From contig NC_088795.1 of assembly GCF_011386835.1 (NCBI RefSeq), forward strand, positions 12,276,001 through 12,340,000: DNA of 64,000 nt. The letters are read 5' to 3'. The notes below the pieces were generated by a model that saw only the letters and a list, made by a program, of their open reading frames with translations, had not been told where the DNA came from and did no database searches. This DNA comes from Chrysemys picta bellii (lineage: Eukaryota). Of this stretch, positions 39,036 through 48,685 are shown in pieces; within the stretch, counting starts at the first letter, position 1; every line of letters starts with the position of its first letter. Made by a program: the position numbers and the translations under genes.

Positions 39036-39435
39036 CATATGAACAAAGGCTGAAGGAACTGGGTATGTTTACTTTGGAAAAGAGGAGACTGAGGGGGAAC
39101 ATGATAGTGGTCTTCAAATACTTGAAAGCCTGCCATAAAATAGATGGAGAAAAGTTATTTTCTCTTGCCACAGGGCGCAGGACAAGAGGCAATGGGTTCA
39201 AACTACAGCGTAGCAGATTTAGATTAAATCTCAGGAAAAACTTCCTAACTGTAAGAACAGGAGGACAATGGAACAGACGCCTCGGGAGGTTGTGGAAGCT
39301 CCTTCACTGGAGATTTTCAAAAGGAGGCTGGATAGCATCTGTCTTGGATGGCTTAGGAACAACAAATCCTGCATCTTGGCAGATGGTTAGACTAGATGAA
39401 CCTCGTGGTCTCTTCTAACCCTATGATTCTATTCT

Positions 39436-39687
39436 GGGGAAAAATCTGGAACTGGGAGTGTGTTGGGATCACCCAGTGGGGATTTTGAAGGCTGGTGAGA
39501 GACAAGGTGTGGCTGGCTGGCTGCAGCACAGAGAGACATCGCTGGGAATGACTTACACGCTGGAGGCCGTTTGTGAGCAGTCCAAGCTGGTGGCTTCAGT
39601 AGCAAAGCATTGGAAAGGGCATCCCAGGTTACAGGGCGGAGTGACACAGCTACTCATTAGTCTGGACTGTACCCAGGTATGTCACAG
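39436..39687 (+). mobile_element. LTR 3' fragment
   Basis: Ends GTCTGGACTGTACCCAGGTATGTCACA, an LTR-like ..CA terminus; no 5' part identified. Confidence 0.45.
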
Positions 39688-40133
39688 CTTCCCCAGGCAG
39701 TGAGTATAGCCCCACCCCCCTCACACACAACACAAGGGAGTGGGAGAACGTCTGGCCAGTTTATAAAGAGAGACTGACTTATAGAATAATTCCTGTCCAC
39801 CTTTGAGAAAATATGTGAGATGCACAATATTCCAGGGCATAAACAGATACCTATCCTCTTAATCAGATTAATGGGGAAATTTGTGCATTTGATAAGAAAC
39901 CTCAGCTTCAATAAGAATAATCTCCAGTGTTTCATTCGTGAGATACAGGACAAAATAAGGAATCAATATGAAATAATGGGTGTAAGCATCATGCAGCAGA
40001 CTCATTATAATCAGCAGTTTCCTCTGACGAGCTTTTTATACCAATGGGGTGCAGCTGGTATACACAAGTTGTTTACAGTTTCTCTCTTAAAACTGTCCAA
40101 ACGTAAAGCATATAATAAAATTGCATTACTTAC

Positions 40134-40256
40134 CGGGAAGAGGTAGCTGGACTAATATACCATTAACTCTTGAATCATGGTTTAATTTGGCAGTCAGATC
40201 TAGAAGTTCTTCCTGAGAAATGTCTTTAGGCTTCAATATTATCTCACTACAAATGC
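40134..40256 (-). CDS. MTHFD2L: MTHFD2L exon 3 (123 nt)
   Basis: tttttatcag|GC ATT TGT..CTT CCC G|gtaag; (G)ICSEIILKPKDISQEELLDLTAKLNHDSRVNGILVQLPLP. Confidence 0.97.
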
Positions 40257-42034
40257 CTGATAAAAAAAGCAAAGCAACAGACATTTGCATAGTGCAAGCT
40301 TTTTCTAAGGTGAGCGGAGACATTTTTGGTGAGGTTTTTTTAGAAGTGCCCAGCACTCGCCCAACTCTGCTCCCATTGACTGTCTTCAATGAGCACTTAT
40401 GAAACTCTCTCCTTTTCTGTTTAATTTGAATAGTATGCATATATAATTCATGTGTAATCTTATAAAGAAATTCATAGGAAGTTAAATGTCTTAATTCAGT
40501 AGGTCTAACAATATTAAAAACAGATTTATGTATGTTTGGAAAATCCTCATCAAATAATTTGTCAAGCAACATCATAGAATTGTAGTTATCTTGATATCAA
40601 AGTGATTCAGATTTCCGTTTAGACTGTGGTGTTAATTCAGGAGGGCTGCTTATTCTTCCAATGTAGTCATCATTAAATGCATTTTTCCTGCAGGATTTTA
40701 GAGGAAACATTTATAATAATAAAAGTAATTCTTCTATTGATGAGACAATATAACAGAATTCTAATTTCATTTTATATACCAAGTTCTCCATCTTCCCTAT
40801 GAATTGAAATAATAAAGTTATAGGGGGAAAATAAAGATTTTTGCAACATCCTATGACATTCCTGAGCAGTTCAATTTTTTTGTTTTGTTTTTAACTGAAT
40901 ATCAAACCTAGTGCATGAAAACAATATAATTTAATCTAAAAATATATAAAACCAACTGACTATTAGTGGGTCAATTCATTCTTTTCACTACTACAGGGAA
41001 TAAAGTATAAGACAAGGATTTTTGTTTGAAGCCGGTATTCTTAAGGACATCTAAAAGAAACACCCACACCCTATCTGTTTTATATTCCATATACCACACT
41101 CATCACCCTGGTGTCAGAGCATCCTGTCCCATACTATAATCTACAACCCTTTCCAAGCAGGGTAAAGATGTGAAAACTGAAGATGATGAAAATAGGGGTA
41201 AAAAGCAAGACTGTAACAGGATGATCTGCCCCCTTTAAGGTAGTGTGGACACAGAGCCAGCTAGCGCTGTTAAAATAATTATATATCAGTGTTTCTCCTG
41301 TTATTCCTTTCTTCACTGCTACTGAATTTTCACTGCGATCAAAAGACTGATGTAAGATAAGAGGTGAAATTCTGCCTCTACAGAAGTAGTGTGTCTATTA
41401 GGTAGAATGAAAATAATATTGTAGCTGAGCAACTGGCTGCATTACATATATTTGCTAGGAATTACAGTTTTCTTTATGCCGAGATGTAGATGTACTTCTT
41501 GTAGTCACCCTGTAAACGAAGGGTGCAAAAACTGATTTTAACCTATTTTGTTAGGGAAGACCTGGATCCTTTTTCTCCCTCTCATTTTTCAGGGAGATGG
41601 TCTAGTCTAGATGACCTTATACGCTTCATTTTTGCTTGAGGGGGAAAAGCTGTGATTGTTTTTGGTGAGGTTCTTTGTGGTTTTCATGTAATTTCTTATT
41701 GTTTTAATGATGATATTTGAACCAAAGAAAGAATGTGCTTTGTCTTATGAAAATAGATACCCTCTCTAAGCAAGAACCCTAAGCCCGCTCTAAGAAATAC
41801 TGAAAGACGTGTTCATCAGGAAGTTTGGGCAAGTTAATCCTAGCCAGTGATATTATTGCTATAAATGATACTTGGTAGAAGCTATTAAAGGGGATTGATT
41901 CGAGAAAGATATCCATAGCTAACAGCATGCATTTTTAAAATGGTATCTAAAGTTAAGCAACTAAATCCTTATTTCATCATATAAATAAGTGGACTGACTT
42001 TCAGAAGTGAATGAGAACTGAGCACACTTAGAAC

Positions 42035-42248
42035 CAGGGCCAGCTCCAGGGTTTTGGCCGCCCCAAGCAGCCCAAAAAAAAAAAAAAAAGCCACGATCGC
42101 GATCTGCGGTGGCAATTCGGCGGGAGGTCCTTTGCTCCCAGCTGGAGTGAGGGACCGTTCGCCGAATTGCTGCCGAATACCTGGACGTGCCGCCCCTCTC
42201 CGGAGTGGCCACCCCAAGCACCTGCTTGCCAGGCTGGTGCCGGCCCTG
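42035..42248. mobile_element. hAT MITE
   Basis: TIRs CAGGGCCAGCTCCAG / CTGGTGCCGGCCCTG; perfect 8-bp TSD CTTAGAAC. Confidence 0.92.
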
Positions 42249-42454
42249 CTTAGAACTTACATTTGAAGAACTGAAGCTAGGCCTTTAGCATGGTGGATCC
42301 CACTGAGAAATAATCAACCTCGGAGATGGAATTGTAAGCAGAAGCTTTTCAGAATTTTGATAGTGTAAAAGAGTTAGATGAGTTATGGGGAGTAGTGGTG
42401 TGGCAGTGTGGTCTGCTGATTGGGCACTCAACTGCAGAATCTATGAGCTATTTA

Positions 42455-42667
42455 CAGGTTTCAGAGTAGCAGCCATGTTAATCTGTATCCGCAAAAAGAA
42501 CAGGAGTACTCATGGCACCTTAGAGACTAACAAATTTATTTGAGCATAAGCTTTCGTGGGCTACAGCCCACTTCATCAGATGCATAGAATGGACCATATA
42601 GTAAGAAGATATATCTACATACAGAGAACATGAAAAGGTGGAAGGAGCCATACCAACTCTAAGAGGC
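42455..42667 (-). mobile_element. Penelope-like element pLTR fragment
   Basis: CAGGTTTCAGAGTAGCAGCC..GGCACCTTAGAGACTAACAAATTTATTTGAGCATAAGCTTTCGTGGGCTACAGCCCACTTCATCAGATGC, homologous to 10758 and 60222. Confidence 0.88.
42544..42583 (-). ncRNA. Minimal hammerhead ribozyme motif (PLE type)
   Basis: Minus strand GCAU-CUGAUGA-A-GUGGGC UGUA GCCCAC-GAA-AGCUU-AUGC: intact core, 6-bp stem II, palindromic loopless stem III (AGCU), 4-bp stem I. Confidence 0.8.
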
Positions 42668-43288
42668 GATTCTTAATGCTGAGACTGCTGCTTTTTGGAT
42701 TTAGAGGTGTGACGCTGTTGCTTTTATTTATGAATCCAGAAAGAAGGTATTCAGCGGCAAAAGGAATTCCACAAGGTACTGTGGCTATAACTTTATATAA
42801 TGCCTTACAATCATGATATGAAATTTTCCTACAAAATATAGCTACTTCTTTTGAGACATGTCAATTCACAAGCTCGGTTCCTTCAAATTCTAGGATATTA
42901 GAATTTGTTTCTAGAGATTCAGGTGGCTGTACTAGTTATAGAGAAAGATTAATTCAGATTGGAAAAGTAATCTCTTAAATTTATCTAAAAGTTTAAAATA
43001 AGTTATCCTGGGGTGGCTTGTGGGAAGGACCAAAAACTGGAGTGACTTCCACTTGATTACCCTTAATCATCTGTCTTTCCAGAGCAGGCAAATATTGCGT
43101 ATTGCCATAAAGTACCATACAAAGAGTTGAGAAGCCATAAGCATTTTTCCCGCTGTGGTTTCCCCTAGTTTCTGATTTCTGAGGGAAAGCATGCAAATAA
43201 TTTATTCAAAAACATTTAAAGTGTAAAAAATTACTTCACTGAACTCCAACACCACTCTCATGCCTAATATGAATATAATATGAAAATA

Positions 43289-43527
43289 CACCTCTACCCC
43301 GATAGGACACAACCCAATAGAACATGAATTCGGATATAACCCAATAAAGCAGCGGCTGGAGCACTGGGCCCTTTAAATCACCACTGGGGAAGCCGGTCCA
43401 GTCCAGCACGGTGTACCGGCTCTTGCCGGTACACCGTACCGGACCAAATCCGATATAACGTGGTCTCACCTATAAGGCGGTGAGATTTTTTGGCTCCCGA
43501 GGACTGCGTTATATCGGGGTAGAGGTG
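43289..43527. mobile_element. TA-target (Tc1/mariner-pogo-like) MITE
   Basis: TIRs CACCTCTACCCCGATA / TATCGGGGTAGAGGTG, TA TSD; perfect 13-bp internal hairpin at 43408-43437. Confidence 0.85.
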
Positions 43528-43714
43528 TAGTTCTTCGTTTGTTTGCCTCTTGACTACATTCCTGCAGTATGACAATACAATATTGTCCACAGTATGTAAA
43601 TTAGGGGTATTCAAAAAGGGAAATGACACAAAATGAAACCAAGATATTGGTCATTTTGAACAAGAACAAATTTCATGCTTAATATGCAGACATTTGTTCT
43701 TACTCATCACATAC

Positions 43715-43899
43715 CTACAGCAGCAGCTGCCTTCATCTTATTTCTTACATATGTATGACTGGCTGGGTTGTCTCCTACTAAAATGACAGTGAGATGAGGT
43801 CTCTTGTTCCCAAGGGACATCCATGATTCTACATCCCTCTGGACTTCTTTATAGACTTGTTTAGCAAGCTGAGTCCCTGAGATAATGGTTGCTTCATCA
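43715..43899 (-). CDS. MTHFD2L: MTHFD2L exon 2 (185 nt)
   Basis: tttttatag|T GAT GAA..GCT GTA G|gtatg; DEATIISGTQLAKQVYKEVQRDVESWMSLGNKRPHLTVILVGDNPASHTYVRNKMKAAAAV (YxxxK cyclohydrolase motif). Confidence 0.97.
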
Positions 43900-44324
43900 C
43901 TATAAAAACAAAGATACAAATTCAAGCGTTAAAAACCTACCATCTTAAGTAAAAAATTTCACAATCAAAATACCTAAAATACTCAGATCTCCTGTATTAT
44001 ATATTTACAAATGTTGAGGCCAATGGAGATCGACCTGTTGTTTGAATGATGAATAAATGATAGTATGAAGTTCAAGTGTGGCATGCCAGCTGCTTTCTAA
44101 ACGATAAAGAAGTGGAAGGTCCTGCGTCCAGAGAACCCCCACACATTCCAAAGAGCAGCTCAGACACCTGTGTGGCACTGTTGCCCCAATTTCCTCAGAC
44201 ACACAGCTGGCATCATGTTAATGCCCAGAAGCCCATGGATTGGGGGCAGAGTCTGGGGATAAAGTCCAAGGGAATCCGATTGGAGATATCCGCCCTTAAA
44301 ACCTTCTTGTAGCTCTTCCCCCGC

Positions 44325-44348
44325 CACACACACACACACACACACACA
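44325..44348. repeat. (CA)12 microsatellite
   Basis: Direct reading. Confidence 0.95.
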
Positions 44349-44516
44349 AAGTAGGGGATACTGCTGCCCCACACTTAGTTCAAGGCTATAATTGTCCTGT
44401 TATTTACAATATAATCCCTTTGATCATATCTAGGTGGTGCCATTTCTTTGCTTTCCCAGGGCCTAGTTGAGATAAGGCGTTTGGTGAGAACAAGCTGATG
44501 GAAGTTCAGTCTAGAT

Positions 44517-44814
44517 CAGGGATCGGCAACCTTTGCTCCGCGGCCCGCCAGGGTAAGCCCCCTGGCGAGCCAGGATGGCTTGTTTACCTGCAGCGTCCAC
44601 AGGTTCAGCCGACCGTGGCTCCCACTGGCCACGGTTCGCCGCTCCAGACGCATGGGACTCCCTCGGCCCGCACCGCTTCCCGCAGCCCCCATTGGCCTGG
44701 AGCAACGAACCGCGGCAGGTAAACCAATCTGCAGACGCGGCAGGTAAACAAACCAGCCCAGCCCGCCAGGGGGCTTACCCTGGCAGGCCACATGCCAAAG
44801 GTTGTCGAACTCTG
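44517..44814. mobile_element. hAT-Charlie MITE
   Basis: TIRs CAGGGATCGGCAACCTTT / AAAGGTTGTCGAACTCTG; TSD GTCTAGAT / ATCTAGAT. Confidence 0.9.
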
Positions 44815-45416
44815 ATCTAGATAAAAGTGGGGATCTTATTTCATAGGGTGAAGCAACTCAAGGAACTGAAATCCGACAGGGGTTGGGAATGCTCTACTTA
44901 CAAGAACAATTAGTTCACCAGTTTCTCCAAATTTATAAAGGTAAACATTGTTGATGCAAGATGAGAAGAATTTTAAAAAATAAAAAATAAAGCTAGGTCA
45001 CAGAGCAGTTGGAGTAGATAATTCTAAAGTCTCTCCTAAACAGGTAAGGCCTTGTCTACACTACAAAGTTTTGTCGACAAAAGTGATGTCAACACTCAAA
45101 AATTGACATAATAAAAATAGGAAAGTCATGTTCACACTCGCTCCCTCTGTCGGCAGAGCACGTCCACAGTGGGGGCACTATCATCGACACGGTGAGCAAT
45201 GCATTGTGGGTACCTATCCTACAGTCCAGCTCAACACTTTCTGTTGCTAGGTGTTGTGGGATGGCAGAGCGGATTGCGGCACATCTTGGGACTGGGCTCA
45301 ATGTCCCATGGTGCATTGCTTTCTGTCCCAGCACTTCATGGGCTTCCAGCTTTCTTTCACAGCATTTTTGCAATGGCCCTTCTTTGCTGTGCACCCTGGC
45401 ATCTTTGTGAGAAGGG

Positions 45417-46804
45417 ATGGATCCCGTCCTGCTCTCCTATGCTCTGTTAACTGCCATGAAGACATCACGGATGACAGTGCAGTTAACTGTGAAGTTCCTA
45501 ACTGAAGAAGACTCACAGACACCTGACATGCTGCGCGATATGGATAAGAGCAACTTTAGATTGCTTTTGGCACTCACAGAACAGCTGCATAGGGTAGACT
45601 GTTGCTTTTTAGCTTGAGAAACAAGCACTGAATGATGGGATCGTAGCGTCATGCAGATGTGGGATCATGAGCAGTGGCTACAGAACTTTCGGATGCGGAA
45701 AGCCACCTTCCTGGAATTGCGTGCAGAGCTTGTCCAAGCGCTTCGGTGCAAAGACACCAGAATGAGAGCTGCCCTATTGGTAGAAAAACATGTGGCAATC
45801 GCTGTGTGGAAGCTACTGGATGGTCGCAAATCAATGTGGAGTGGGGAAGTTGACCATTGGGGCTGCATTAATGCAAATGCATAGGGCAATAAATCACATC
45901 TTGCTATGAAGGACCGTGACTCTGGGAAATGTGTGTGAAATAATGGACAACTTTGCAGAAATGGGTTTCCCTAACTGTGGAGGGGCGATAGATGGCACAC
46001 ATACACCTCTACCTCAATAGAGCGCTGTCCTTGGGAGCCAAAAAGTCTTATCGCGTTATAGGTGAAACCGTGTTATATTGAACTTGCTTTGATCCACCGG
46101 AGTGCCCCCCACCCCTAAGCACTGCTTTACCGCGTTATATCAGGTGGCGTTATATCGAGGTAGCGGTGTATTCCAAATTTGGCACCAGACCACCTTGTGA
46201 TGGAGTACATCAAAAGAAAGGGGTACTTCTCCATGGCACTGCAGGCGCTTGTGGATCACTGTGGGTGTTTCACTGACATCAACACAGGGTGGTCCGGGAA
46301 GGTGCATGATGCACGCATCTTCAGGAACACCAGCCTGTACAGAAAGAAACAAGTGGGGACTTTCTTTCCAAACCAGATTACATTGGGGGTTGTTGAAATG
46401 CCCATAGTGATCCTGGGAGACCTGGCGTACCCCTTACAGCCATGGCTCATGAAACCTTACACAGGACACCTGGACAGCAGTAAGGAGTGGTTCAACAACA
46501 GGTTGAGTAGGTGCCGGATGACAGTTGAATGTGCCTTTGGCAGATTAAAGGCGCACTGGCGATGCCTTTATGGCAGGTAAGACCTCAATGAGGATAATAT
46601 TCCCATGGTCATAGCAGCGTGCTGTCCTTGCATAATCTCTGTGACGCTAAGGGTGAAAGGTTTGCTCAGGGGTGGAATGTTGAGGCAGACCGCTTGGCTG
46701 CTAATTTTGAGCAGCCAGATACCAGGACTATCAGAAGAGCCCAGAGGGGGGCAATTCAGATCAGGGAGGCTTTGAGGCAACACTTTGAAAATGAGAACCA
46801 GTGA
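45417..46804 (+). pseudogene. H1 Harbinger (HARBI1-like) DDE transposase, disrupted
   Basis: MDPVLL..QWLQNFRMRKATF..IDGTH|..NRKGYFSM-like..GKVHDARIF..LGDLAYPL..VECAFGRLK..LHNLC..ENENQ*. Several stops, a deletion near 45817 and a MITE insertion. Confidence 0.95.
46004..46168. mobile_element. TA-target MITE inserted into the H1 transposase
   Basis: CACCTCTACC / GGTAGCGGTG TIRs with TA TSD; same family as 43289; removal restores IDGTHIP. Confidence 0.9.
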
Positions 46805-47061
46805 TGTATATCTCTGTGATTGGTGCTTCAATGTTACATTACACATAGTTTTCCTAGGAAGCAATGTATTTGGGGCCCTACATTCCAATAAGCACATGAT
46901 TAACATGCCTGTGCATGTATTGGTAGTGCCTGCTATCTCAATTTGTAGGAAACAGAGATGAGTTACCATTCAAAAATTTTGCTTTTATTGTACAAGAAAC
47001 AACACACACCAACATACAGAGATGGTTGGTGGGAAAGGAGGTACCAGGGAAGGGCAGATTT

Positions 47062-48685
47062 TCACAGCTGTGTGCAAGTCCAGCTACCATTGTGAAAGTT
47101 GTCCGAGGGGGTGGAGTGAAGGGGAAACCGAGAAGTCCCGGAAAGCAGAAAGGACTGTGTGGGTGGAGTTGGGGGGGGGCATGGAAAAGAGTTCTGAATG
47201 TGCTGCAGGGGAGGGCGGGCTCAGATCTGCTCAGTCTGCAGCATTATTAAGGACTTCAGCATCTGCATTTGCTCCTCCATTACTTTAATCATCCACTTAG
47301 TTGCATCCTTAAACTCCTGATTCTCTTTTCTGTCCTGCTGTTTGGCTTCCCAGCACTCCTTGCATTCCCTTTTCTCTGCATTGGAGCAGTGCAGTACCTC
47401 CTGGAACATGTCTTATTTGCTGTGTCTTGGGCGCTTTCTTATCTGGCAGAGACGCTCCGCCGGGGTGCGTGGGGTGTTCCTGAAGGCCACATCTGCCGAA
47501 GCACAAGGGACAATGCATAGACGTGGGATTGTTAAATTCACACTCATGCATTGAAAAATTTCAGTTAAATACACTTTTTGCGACGTAACAATCACTTTCT
47601 CATTGACCCTTGGCAGGCACAAATCTCTGCGAACACCCAAAGCATGGTGAGTGTTGGTGGGGTTGGGGAAAGCGCTCCACATGGGGAAAAGAGCACACAC
47701 TCTGCAAGGGTTGTGGTGCAACCTACTAGGGAAAAAATTCTAAAATTTTCCCACACTTCTCCACAGACAGGGGTCATTGTAGCAGCTCTCTCACTGCTAA
47801 GGGTAAGCAAGGAAATGAGGGTACATCTATTCCATGCTCGTGGCTTCCACCCTACTCCCTACACTGCTTGCCTATGTTCCGCTTTGGTCCCTGCACAAGT
47901 GATCGCCAAATGGCACGGGAAAGTTTCCTACAATGGGGGAAAGGAACAAAGCTGCTCTGCCACGGAACTTTCGGCAGAGGATTGCCAAGTACCTCCAGGA
48001 AACTTTCCTGGAGATCTCTCTGGAGGATTCCTGTGAGATCACGGCATGCATCAACACTCTATTCCGCCGTAATGATTAGCTACACAGGGAAATGTCCATC
48101 ATCCAGAAACACAGACAGCCTCCCACATTTCTATACCCTGAACCCACCTCTGCACTACACAAATCACAGCCATCTCCTCTCCTGCGTCTTGCTCACCAGA
48201 GAGCAACTGCTGAGACTGGCTAGACACCTCTGGAGTGGAGAACAGTTCTTGGCTGCCTGCCCCACCGGGAGCTCCACATTGTCATCTAACTCCATCTCTT
48301 CATCAATAACTTTGTCCTCTTTCCACCACCTCCAGGCCTGCTGAAGTATCTACAGGGACCTTGGCAGCGGAGGTGGGGTTGCCCCCGAGGATAGCATCCA
48401 GATCCTTATAGAACCGGCAGGTCTTAGGTGAAGCACCGGAGTGACGGTTTGCTTCCCTCACCTTATAGTACGCCTGCCTCAACTCCCTTATCTTCGCTCT
48501 GCACTGCAGTGTTCCTGATCATGGCCCTTTTTTCACAAGCCTCAAGAAATGTGCCCGTAGGTATCCCAATTCCTATGGCTCAAGCGCAGCTGTGACTGCA
48601 CAGCCTCCTCGCCGCATATCCTGATCAGATCCAACAGCTCCACAGTGGTCCAAGCGGGAGAGTGTTTGGTGTGATAACCTGACAT
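47062..48685 (-). pseudogene. H1 Myb/SANT-like (MSANTD/NAIF1-type) gene, spliced, disrupted
   Basis: ATG at 48685 after cttcccag|gtaacc; SPAWTTVELLDLI..GEEAVQSQLR..KIRELRQAY..TCRFYKDLDAILGG. 5'UTR intron 48692-48791, coding intron 47493-48196 (gtgag..cttcggcag), last exon KRPRHSK*DMFQEV..QL*. Confidence 0.9.
47644..48079 (+). pseudogene. Third Harbinger gene in H1: BEN-like domain nested antisense in the Myb intron
   Basis: ATG|gtgagt (47644-47652), 120-nt intron ending ..cttctccacag (47766), exon 47767-48079 = TGVIVAALSLLRVSKEMRVHLFHARGFHPTPYTACLCSALVPAQVIAKWHGKVSYNGG/RNKAALPRNFRQRIAKYLQETFLEISLEDSCEITACINTLFRRND*. One extra A at ~47941. 43/90 aa identical to the H2 counterpart. Confidence 0.75.

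Larger units (their letters stand above)
37835..39432 (+). mobile_element. Older CR1 3' fragment carrying two nested insertions
   Basis: [49 protein letters not shown] motifs and ..CTATGATTCT tail; split by the insertions at 38098 and 38331. Confidence 0.9.

Noticed and set aside
40126-40575. 149-aa ORF (and similar ORFs at 12705, 31349, 43707)
   Set aside because: These are MTHFD2L exons read through into intron sequence; only the GT-AG-bounded parts match the protein.
47868-48344. 158-aa plus-strand ORF and other ORFs overlapping the Harbinger genes
   Set aside because: They are alternative-frame shadows. Only the frame 47767-47940 plus 47942-48079 has a homologue in H2.
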